Made by a program: the position numbers and the translations under genes | In this document: positions 13,401 through 18,514 of the stretch, piece by piece | How the letters are laid out: every line of letters begins with the position of its first letter | Position numbering within the stretch: the stretch's first letter is position 1 | From: Candidatus Obscuribacterales bacterium | GTDB taxonomy: Bacteria > Cyanobacteriota > Vampirovibrionia > Obscuribacterales > Obscuribacteraceae | Length of the DNA: 64,000 bases | Assembly: GCA_965228855.1 (NCBI GenBank) | Contig: CBDDIJ010000003.1 | Coordinates: 2,976,001 to 3,040,000, forward strand | Reading direction: 5' to 3' | The notes under the pieces: model-generated | Database searches by the model: none | Told to the model about the DNA's origin: nothing | Seen by the model: only the letters and a program-made list of their open reading frames with translations

Positions 13401-14016
13401 CGTTCTGGTTTCCGAATCACTTCCAAACGCAGTAGGTCCGAACTCCGCCGCAACAAACTCAGCTACCGCGAACCCGACTTCTGCGAGAGCCAATCTCGCG
13501 CACAACCTGAGGAATGGAAGCGCTGTGTTCGTGCCGGCTCACAACATGACCGTGAAAACGCCTCATGCAAACATCTCCGTAGCTGCCGGCTCGGTCGTGC
13601 TTGTAGTGTCCTCCGAAAATGGCACTGCGGTTTACGACTTGCACGATTCGAAGAAAGAGGCAGTTCAGGTAGCATTCCATGATCAGAAATTGGCGTTGAG
13701 CCCGGGACGTCACATGACGATTTCCGCATTAGAGAAGCGTTGCTACGCAGACGCTAATCAGGCCGAGTCGATCTTCCACAGAGGCGTCGTATCCGCAAAA
13801 ACCGCTTATGGTGGCAGTTTGTTCACGTCGGAATTCGCGGTAAACACAGCTATCGATTGCGTTCCCGTACTTGCGAAGTTGATGACTTCCAATCATCCGG
13901 AATGCGCGAAAGTTGCGGCTAGATTGACCAAGACGCAGGCAGTCATCCTTTACGTTTCACAGGGCTCTGAAGAATTCCAGCAGCACCTGAAAGCGCAGGT
14001 CACCGCGATGCGCTGA
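1408..14016 (+). CDS. Giant (~4200 aa) exported filamentous-haemagglutinin-like beta-helix protein with internal long repeats and a conserved C-terminal domain
   Basis: Uninterrupted ORF. ATG 1408 follows GGAG (1397-1400). Signal peptide KKFVILWVLASFLVSNSPAYA. G/T/S/N/A/V/I-rich beta-solenoid-like composition. Confidence 0.85.
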   Translation: MKTTGKPSKSLHIESSGFGKKFVILWVLASFLVSNSPAYASREDRLDQVRADRHERREERLQLRAERMAERIALPSLNNQIPQIKLAPVFQNSQNSNQLNTLEQRRMERANLITAKREARATALQNRLSAVNQISNKTIQTQDSGRTRNINAGLKLDLSSAQNNIVLGQKLFSGDADSVTITVGGEEKTFTAGSKVTAAEYASILQTLNGGQTLTLDSKGTALSGKLDFETITSNGDNLKLSSLVIPEQVLAVGNFSKTSDVKLKGDLVNYGSIYAVSNRDGGTKATIATTNLHNQEGGLISSVPNSSLGTDLAQTLDLKLRADDTLSNAGKIESSGDLTLSAGNVVVNGDSRGRSSSTASAVAANNLIIDAPNVSNSGLLAAQNGNVNFTAPVDANHDGSITVNNANGTIQALNGDINFRDASASTTEKFSTTVNGGDLLSQKLNVYGGDGAVNVHSQNITGGVTVKSGTAFVSAAASDLDIDELVTTGDPVTASGGNVNVGSITTSGNPYTVIAGGDITFDPSAVVNTSNGAGAGGNVILAAGANFTTGGGVYQITGGTAAGGGIYGNSNAQIITSGTSSAGNVQLVAFTGSGGGSGTIYLPTETVTANSGAGNNNATVTAIGNFIEIAGVTATGGNATTGGVILNSFGATVSGGNVVIDGTTGAQMGVGSFQPATSTANPGDILVGPINTTGTVALSSSNNLVIRGNANARGFSATAINDIGLDGSAAITSPNGITIVAGNNVYLSPFSAPSAASLNTDAAVAGAITVIGGALFTETAGTVSVSGIRGDGGYVDFNYIDILGISANSSAGAGGNINIASYGQVSINSVAGITATGSGANANGDITLVGAEGLGVYSVFVENNIVNNAGTGGGNFVAASSTPLAVTVSKTNGSVTGTLTGGSQTAGDIFIQNVNVRGSISANGGGYLSTGTLNGTSVTLGSGRGIDVGNITASGAVTATSSDYAVFANVTATGNAFNVTATGEVSLGTTNVGSLSVASGDDIVIRSNLTSPGGIALVASRSIFTNVPNLVISTAANAGGGNVIMAAGAAWTSTATTITVTGAGIGGSIDFFGQPLDTLTTRSLTGNNNGGDVTMVAFGGNISTNTTTDIITGGTGTGSNGNVTMISNATGTALNLSGTINTTGGTTASGSVSLTTATPNTSPAVVIQRASATTSSGNFSIANPTLTNGAIQIDGTITVGSADIIAQAGFDILASATLTSATGAINLSSGVFLNAATINAGSGSIALTSTDNISLNGNLSARSGILLVSGHNVFPGSAGLSITTGGAGTSGDITMIAGAAFTQNASSVTVTGASTTGGQIDFDFNDLSGLTTASTSGDGAGGDVTLVAFTGTDNRGGVLMDPTVGSITTGGNGAGANGNVLIIAGATTGTGVLLRNVNTTGGAVTTGNVDIRTATPTTSTPVVYNKSDATLASGNFANAPVATDSSVTFDTITVASDADVRINGGDIIGTSLVGGANSVLNINSTGNVNITNAINLGTANITSTDDVTVSLSQGGSGSATISGDNVNLGNSTTGTLRVSGSFVGLNSLTAANTAVTSTSDIALNASITSPGGILLVAGQDIYSALAGINISSASASTNGGAISIIAGANFTQDLTTVTVTGASTTGGNIDFDFNNVGTISSRSTFTNGNGGAINLIAFDGTNDFSFVFTDSTTQILTGGSGTGSNGSVTVIGGGSANDVVFLGNIDTTGGNATTGNVYLAAGVPDTTPSVVLQKSNATISSGNFADVVTLNPANVTAGNITVSSDADVTLNAGALVDVGAVTGGANSVLTINAGTTTDLLSSTVGHITITSGSDVTIAGTINQGAAGSLDITSGGLTQVLQLTSGTARIASVGDLFIGGPVVITNSFVATSQGYIDLDNDITARGGIVLVAGRTISANTSNVVDLSTAGTGNSGDITLIAGAAFTQNGTTITVTGGSALGGIIDFDIQNVNSIDSRSTGGNGAGGDVTLLAFAGSDPGTGQVFTAVETVINTGGNGSGANGSFTAIGNIPTAGGFYGAAIAGPLSTAGGAVNTGDVYIAAAQIPSPVSITKADASVSSTLTGGTVTPGYVFTGDITVANGADVTLRAGGDVDTDVVTAGANSVLNINAGGASTIESSNAGTVNITAGNFVTAGTFNQGTSGVLNITAGSDLSVDQINTGNARLSANGILILLNTVTASGSVVGLGQGGITLANDITAPGGILLVSGRDIAPTVPGVVDLSTSRTGNAGDITLIAGAAYTSDATNVTITGGSATGGGIDFDFNAVNTIDTRSTGANGAGGDLTMIGFAGSFSGSGYVFTDTAGEIRTGGSGTGANGNVTVVAGNNAGFAVGLRGLVDTTGGAAGTGNVYAAAATPDTTPAVIIAKSNASITSGDFTTGAIVNGDSFVDNVIVGAGADITLFGGGFGSITDLTGGANSSILASYGGAIDTRDVSLGAGGNLSLLTNLFIRLNGDVSAPGGILMVAGTDIFSSVLAASISADSATGNAGDISLVAGATFTQNATDVTITGATATGGRIDFDAFNLAALTANSGGGNGAGGDITLVSLFGTNNTGEVFTDSTTVINAGGNGTGSNGTLTIVSAKNNGASGIFLNNSINLSGGAQGTGAITLSTSSLPGSVTLAKATGSITAGTFLGGALTNSSINGNNLTVRGGAINIRSGDSVAFNALDVSGNVNGNGGSIVVSTAGATALDLGGAFGNRINSLTAAGGSTSGNGGSISATATGAGGINISTPLNVGAIEGNGGSILLNATNGDLTFAGGTATINASAATNSATAHAGGSITLTGRNITGSNPFQLLANGVSGGNGGQISVTSTVGDINVGTGNGQFSASASGPNGVISFSATGAGGDINVLATGALSTSTVNLSSAQGTLVLNGNVTGSTAVNLTVAGANSITGTGTVSGGTLSVSAGTGATTLTTSVASLTLATNGNVTITENDDITLNAGTTGAGSLNLNATGDDITVGGNVTANGGITLTTTGAGTISGAGRLISTGLLTLNGGSGAININTDVATLAAASTGSLTIAELNNITLNAITASSVDVTAGNGIAHGTGVIASGSVNLSALGGDIGASGNAILINNSGNPVALTADATGDIFITILGNSAVSLGATTGDDITLNSSGPITTTGDITATGTLDITTNSLTYPNNLTGDVINVRSQPGSGLVLDGGAGGTMTAPNGINLAATFGNLTLSGVQDWFGVTTLTAINAPGSQIIISSGADIEGHDEVVIISNGIDYQGGSLVGNPITIQNDYFTFANSVGDINLSTDLVFAGQNLAIIAAGNINITGTVTLLNLSDVGNSGDLFLVAGYNFTPGTGGQVISPVQFTLDGDQSVSGGSINLGAAAINLSSVNGSGGNLTAIATSGSTNAGSITLGAIDASSTNGAGGNVQIIGEGGVNVGSINAIGGTSTGTVELAVAASTIVGGDILVADGTVTGGSFQAGALTSGNVVFGNIDGSTVTLRGASAAANSISQTAATALSATSLNIFSGAGNVNLALTSVPVLNVSGGGSVIVNNNTAVTLGTLTGSALNLSLSSAGVITVPTAVSGIGGLTLSGTAGVGLDAITLGGNVSTTTTISLTANGGADLTLANRTLTSSNVTLASTAGDVNVANTGIINASGTATVDAFDSFAVAGTITAGSVVLTSGDDIVTGDITGSITAPNGTFLTSTNGGIGVDANNRFITNSTNLLLRAGGGDVFVQNLSTAGVNVTDVSATGTVDLIVNGPVILHDVASGGGDIKVVQNGIGSLTVAANANLNSTEGDIILQNLDINKKTGKIIIDDGAQIKASGTTAGVGEVFIAMGPLPIPPYTDRKKPPKGVTITETGGAGVFLGKKGIDTRKETNIALNALNRDLVFSLSGKLNKKAIHVGSNVTITADPPGDIVPTAAGLSARSSAGLNAVSAIAPLTETSTSAPATTAGIGLNSGILSAVNTGVVQTLNNSITNSLTSSTFSNAQAGLTSTGLATDDSTKSSSALLSEKSFTGTQDALSAIFGDETDEFGSVLVDAVLVSESLPNAVGPNSAATNSATANPTSARANLAHNLRNGSAVFVPAHNMTVKTPHANISVAAGSVVLVVSSENGTAVYDLHDSKKEAVQVAFHDQKLALSPGRHMTISALEKRCYADANQAESIFHRGVVSAKTAYGGSLFTSEFAVNTAIDCVPVLAKLMTSNHPECAKVAARLTKTQAVILYVSQGSEEFQQHLKAQVTAMR
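3601..9400 (+). repeat. About 7 degenerate 250-314-aa intragenic repeats in the giant protein
   Basis: Motif (I/L/V)(T/S)(S/A)PGGIxLVAG...GDIT(L/M)IAGAAFTQ...GGxIDFDF recurs at 3601, 4435, 5185, 6109, 7051, 7993 and 8767. Confidence 0.85.
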
Positions 14017-14095
14017 TCAGGCGACTCGCCGGAACACCCCATCTGAAAGCACAGGTTACAGCGATTCGCTTATCATGCAACTCGCCGGAACATCC
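13984..14095 (+). repeat. Imperfect 56-bp tandem duplication spanning the giant gene's stop codon
   Basis: 13984-14039 vs 14040-14095: 47 of 56 positions identical by manual alignment. Confidence 0.9.
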
Positions 14096-14097
14096 AT

Positions 14098-17043
14098 CTA
14101 ATAGACGTATGTATCCAGACCTTCGCCCATCTTCATGACGGTTACCGAATCTGACCATTCGCCGACCGGCTTCTTCTCCGCGTCGAGACAACGCACTCGG
14201 ATTTCGTAGTAGGCAGTTTCTTCGAAGAACGATGGTTTGAGAACTGTGGCACCTCGGTTCAATCCGACTTGTAAAACGTGATTGACTGCCGTTTCCCGCG
14301 TGCCCATCAGATAGTTATCGAAGAAGTAATTTGGTTTTGTTACTTCGATCTCGACTGATTCTGCATTCGGAATGTTCTGACCATCAAACAGCAATACAAG
14401 CGGCTCTTTGCCAATCACATACTCACCGGTATTGAGCGGTTCCAAATCTTTCAATCCAGCAAATGGAACGATTTTGTCGGCTTTGAGCAGCTTAACATCG
14501 GATACCTCAATGGTATCCGCTTCGAACAAGCGAATAACGAACGATTTGATGGTTCCAGCCGAGAACCACTGCCAGAAGTGCGAAAGGTGTAATCGAAACT
14601 CATTGTTCTCTTTCATCTTCGGTACATTCAAAGCCATTACCGACCAGTTCTCGTAGCGGTCTTTCTTAACCGACATCGAGTTCCAACCAACAGCCATGGG
14701 GACGAGAACCCGCGGGTCCGTTTCCTTTAGTGCTCCGCGAATTTTAAATTCGATGAAATCATACTCAAGAGGTGAGATGTCGAGTTTTTCAATCTGTAAT
14801 GCAGCACCATCATCAGTATCATGCATGACAAGTCCGTTACCTCGGACTTCTGACGTACCCTTTCCGTGATACTTCCAAATGCTTTTAACTGGAGTGTCTT
14901 CGCTGGCTCTGAACGGAAGCGAGAGCGCCTCCGGCATGCCTCTTTGACCGCCAAATTTGATCGGATCGAACAAACCAGAATTTCGATTCCAAACATAAGG
15001 TCCCTTCACCTTCGGTGAATTCAAAAGCGCCTTGAATCGGTCGGTGTTTATAACTTCAAACGGACCGATGATAAAAGGCTCAAAGGTTAGCACTCGGTCC
15101 GCCATGTTAGAGGTGGTGAACGGCGGACGGAGCATGTGGTGAAACGTCGAGCCGTTGAAGTTTACGTGAGCACCTTTGTAGTCCTTAGGAATTCCGAGCA
15201 CCATGACTTTTTCGTCTTTGTTTAAACCCTCGACGAGCTTCTGAGTCTGCAGCCAAATCGATTTCAATTCGCTTCCAGCCACCAGCCAGAAGGTGTTTGT
15301 ACGGTACGAGGCCCATGTCATAGTGATGGACATGACGACGAACACCAGGGCGCTCACAAACCCGAGATTGCGATTAGCGGAAGCTGGTAGCGAATACGGT
15401 GCACCCTTTCTGGGCGGATGGAACAATAGCACCGGCCATAGTATCGAATATGCCATTGTAAACATGAACAGCAGTCGGCTGGTTTCAAGCTCCATACCGA
15501 CGCCCCAGAGCTTCGCTAGAGGGAGGATAGCAGTCGCCATCCAGATTAGTAAGAAAAGCAACCAGCGCCATGGGCGAGCTTGTGCAAGCAGACGAATAAG
15601 GACGATACAAACACAAGTGACCAGACAAATTCCTGTCACCCACTGCGGAATCATCATAGTGGTGCTGATGCTCGCCGGGTAGGGCAACATGATACGAGAG
15701 ATGTTGACCGGATCAAACCATCGCAAAATGAGATGGCGCCCAAGTGCGCCGCCCATCATGCCACCATAACCACCGATAAACTCACCAAGCACCTTGTATC
15801 TGACAAGCATATAAATGCCGCCGATAACAGCATACGGCCAGCCAAGTTTAACTGCGATCTTAAAATGCTCGAGTAATAATGCACCAATCGATTTTTTAGA
15901 ATTCGGTTGCGATGCTAACGAAAGAGGCTTTGCGGTAGGCGTGGAAGCCTCGCTATTAGCTTTAGCGCTATCAGGCGGCGTGGAAGCATCGCTTTTCGCT
16001 TTAGCGCTATCAGGTGACGTGGAAGTCTCGCTCTTAGACTTAGCACTATCAGGTGGCGTGGCGGTCGCTGCAGGGTCGGCGTTGAACGAATCCGTTCCAG
16101 ATTCATTTGTTCCAGCCTCATCCGCTCCCATCTCTTCTGAGACATTCGTAGATTCACCACCTGCGGTGCCTTGATGCTTGGATTTCTTCTTCTTTTTCTT
16201 ACCCTTTTTCACGGCTCGCTCGTAGTGAGCAACTTGTCTGGCATTCATGGGACGCTGTTGCTGTTTGAGCGCAGTGGATGTGCCGGTAGCTCCTGATGTC
16301 TCATCCGTATTCGTTGGCGTCGTTTCCCCCGACTCATCGGCGGTGGAAACCACAACCGGTTTCTTCTTGCCGTCCTGAGGATCTCCAAACTCTTCTTCCT
16401 TCGGCCAAACCATTACATATGCGCCGATAACCAACGGCAAGCCGATCGAAATTTCCTTGCTGAGAAGCGCGCAAACAAACGAGAGGAGTGAGAAGAAATA
16501 GAAGCGTTTATTGTTTCCACGCTGATAACCCTTTACGAACATCAGCAAACAAAGCAGGTAGAACGGCGCGGCAAGCAGATCCGCTCGCCCGGAAATCCAG
16601 GTCACGTCCTCGCAATGCAAAGGCGTTACGGCAAACAAAAGCGCGGAGAAGAAGGCGGTCCAGGACGAATTGAAGTCGGGCCAGGTGCGCGTCATGGTTC
16701 TGACAAGTAAGAACAGCAACCAAACGGCGCTGCCATAGAGCAGCAGGCTGGTTATGTGATACCCAAGAGCATTGGTCGCCCAGAAAAAATAATCGAACAG
16801 GAAAGTGAAACCTAGCAGTGGCCGGTAGAAACCAAAACTAGGCAGTTGCAGGTAATTACTCGTGAAGTTACGAAGAATCAGTTCAGTACGCCCATCGAAT
16901 ACTTTGTGGGCAAAATTTACCTGCCAGATGTCATCGGCAACGAAAAAGCTTCCCAGTGATGGCGCGTAACAAAACAGAATTACGCCCAGAAGCACTGAAG
17001 CCTGAAAAATGATTCGAATCTTTGCTTTATTAAGGTTTGGCAT
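14098..17043 (-). CDS. Polytopic GT-C-fold glycosyltransferase (TMTC/PMT/ArnT-like) with a disordered insert and a soluble C-terminal region
   Basis: First-loop FVADD acidic pair, FYRPL, GYH, LLFAVTPLHCEDVTWISGR and LLSKE motifs; many TM segments. Confidence 0.75.
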   Translation of the reverse strand: MPNLNKAKIRIIFQASVLLGVILFCYAPSLGSFFVADDIWQVNFAHKVFDGRTELILRNFTSNYLQLPSFGFYRPLLGFTFLFDYFFWATNALGYHITSLLLYGSAVWLLFLLVRTMTRTWPDFNSSWTAFFSALLFAVTPLHCEDVTWISGRADLLAAPFYLLCLLMFVKGYQRGNNKRFYFFSLLSFVCALLSKEISIGLPLVIGAYVMVWPKEEEFGDPQDGKKKPVVVSTADESGETTPTNTDETSGATGTSTALKQQQRPMNARQVAHYERAVKKGKKKKKKSKHQGTAGGESTNVSEEMGADEAGTNESGTDSFNADPAATATPPDSAKSKSETSTSPDSAKAKSDASTPPDSAKANSEASTPTAKPLSLASQPNSKKSIGALLLEHFKIAVKLGWPYAVIGGIYMLVRYKVLGEFIGGYGGMMGGALGRHLILRWFDPVNISRIMLPYPASISTTMMIPQWVTGICLVTCVCIVLIRLLAQARPWRWLLFLLIWMATAILPLAKLWGVGMELETSRLLFMFTMAYSILWPVLLFHPPRKGAPYSLPASANRNLGFVSALVFVVMSITMTWASYRTNTFWLVAGSELKSIWLQTQKLVEGLNKDEKVMVLGIPKDYKGAHVNFNGSTFHHMLRPPFTTSNMADRVLTFEPFIIGPFEVINTDRFKALLNSPKVKGPYVWNRNSGLFDPIKFGGQRGMPEALSLPFRASEDTPVKSIWKYHGKGTSEVRGNGLVMHDTDDGAALQIEKLDISPLEYDFIEFKIRGALKETDPRVLVPMAVGWNSMSVKKDRYENWSVMALNVPKMKENNEFRLHLSHFWQWFSAGTIKSFVIRLFEADTIEVSDVKLLKADKIVPFAGLKDLEPLNTGEYVIGKEPLVLLFDGQNIPNAESVEIEVTKPNYFFDNYLMGTRETAVNHVLQVGLNRGATVLKPSFFEETAYYEIRVRCLDAEKKPVGEWSDSVTVMKMGEGLDTYVY
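15938..16060 (-). repeat. Three 39-bp tandem repeats (13-aa TPPDSAKxxSxxS) inside the glycosyltransferase insert
   Basis: TPPDSAKSKSETS / TSPDSAKAKSDAS / TPPDSAKANSEAS. Confidence 0.85.
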
Positions 17044-17136
17044 TCAACAATGCTATTCCACGCAGAAGCGGGCTTAAGATCTCATCGCTACTAGTAGTGC
17101 GTTACCAGACATCTGGCTGTAACGGAAGGAGACCGC

Positions 17137-18129
17137 GTGACCGATAACATAGAGCAATCAATCCACGCAATTCGTATTGAACAATATGGCGGACCGGAAG
17201 TGCTGCAATTCAAGCAGATTTCTTTGCCCGCTCCTGCACCCGGACAAGCGCGCGTTCGCCTCCATGCAGCAGGACTGAACTTCATCGACATTTACCGCCG
17301 TCGCGGTGATTATCCGACCGATTTGCCGATCACTCCCGGTCTAGAAGGAAGCGGCATAGTCGAAGCAATTGGCGAAGGAGTGACAGAGGTCTCGATAGGT
17401 GACCGGGTTGCGTACACAGGACAACCAGGCGCATACGCGGAAGCTGCAATCGTTGCAGCGTCAAGCCTCCTGCCCATTCCGGACTCAATGTCATTCACCG
17501 ACGCAGCTGCATTTCCCCTTCAAGGAATGACGGCGCACTATTTGATCAACGAGTACAACAAACCAAAACCAGACATGGTTGTGTTGATTCACGCCGCTGC
17601 AGGCGGAATGGGTCTTCTTCTCTGCCAATGGGCGAAACATTTGAAGGCAAAAGTTATTGGAACCGTTTCCACCAAGGAGAAAGCTGAACTGGCGCTGCAA
17701 GCGGGTTGCGACCATGTCATCAATTACAGTGAACAAGATTTTGTCACTGAAGTGAAACGCATTACCGGCAACAGCGGAGCTGAACTGATTATCGACGGCG
17801 TTGGCAAAGACACTTTTCCCGGAGATCTGGAGGCTGTATCTTTGCGTGGAACGATAGTGGTTTTCGGCTCTGCTAGCGGAAGAATCGAACCTATCAGCCC
17901 AAACGTTTTACAACAAAAATCAGTAAGACTCTGCGGCGGCAGTTTGTTTAATTACTTGTTGGACAGAGACGAGCTGCTCATGCGGTCTCAGGACGTCACA
18001 CATGGTATACAGGCTGGTTGGTTGAAACTCAACGTCAATCACGAGTTTCAACTAAGAGACGCAGCCGACGCTCAGAAACTTCTCGAAAGTAGACGCTCAA
18101 CAGGCAAGATAGTTTTGACGATCAACTAA
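17137..18129 (+). CDS. qor: NADPH:quinone oxidoreductase (zeta-crystallin family)
   Basis: GGPEVL, AAGLNFID, GLEGSG, LQGMTAHYL, HAAAGGMG and STGKIVL motifs; GTG start after GGAG. Confidence 0.92.
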   Translation: MTDNIEQSIHAIRIEQYGGPEVLQFKQISLPAPAPGQARVRLHAAGLNFIDIYRRRGDYPTDLPITPGLEGSGIVEAIGEGVTEVSIGDRVAYTGQPGAYAEAAIVAASSLLPIPDSMSFTDAAAFPLQGMTAHYLINEYNKPKPDMVVLIHAAAGGMGLLLCQWAKHLKAKVIGTVSTKEKAELALQAGCDHVINYSEQDFVTEVKRITGNSGAELIIDGVGKDTFPGDLEAVSLRGTIVVFGSASGRIEPISPNVLQQKSVRLCGGSLFNYLLDRDELLMRSQDVTHGIQAGWLKLNVNHEFQLRDAADAQKLLESRRSTGKIVLTIN

Positions 18130-18514
18130 TCCCCGAGCGCAAGGCCGCGATCACATTTACTCTTTGCTTCCAGCTAGCAACGCTAAAAGCAGCAGGCTGT
18201 AGCAAATTTGATATCGGACAAATGTGTTTCTGAACTTTAGTAAGCATGCCGTAAAAGCTTGCGAGAGAACCGTTTCAAAAACTTCCTTGCAAATGCCCGT
18301 CAGATTTCATCTTTGTTGCATGGACGCATTAACTATATTTCGGATACGATTTGTCCTGCCATTCAGCTAGCTGTCGGTTAGGAGTGGCAGGCGTTCTCGG
18401 AAATAACTGCTTTTTCAAAAGCAGGGGAAACCGCTAACACACGTGAATCCAGACGAACAGAGGTCGACGCCGACCTTGTGCGTCTGTCTTGGCATGCCTT
18501 GGAGGACAAGCATT

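Noticed and set aside
2229..13729. Many long antisense ORFs (e.g. 9876-10952, 5028-5915) within the giant gene, and likewise within 18515-23686
   Set aside because: They are shadows of biased G/T/A/N codon usage; the Pro/Val-rich translations have no motifs or RBS.
13984..14095. 56-bp repeat as a DGR variable/template repeat pair or a CRISPR remnant
   Set aside because: No reverse transcriptase or cas gene in the window, the mismatches are not confined to adenines of one copy, and there are no spacers.
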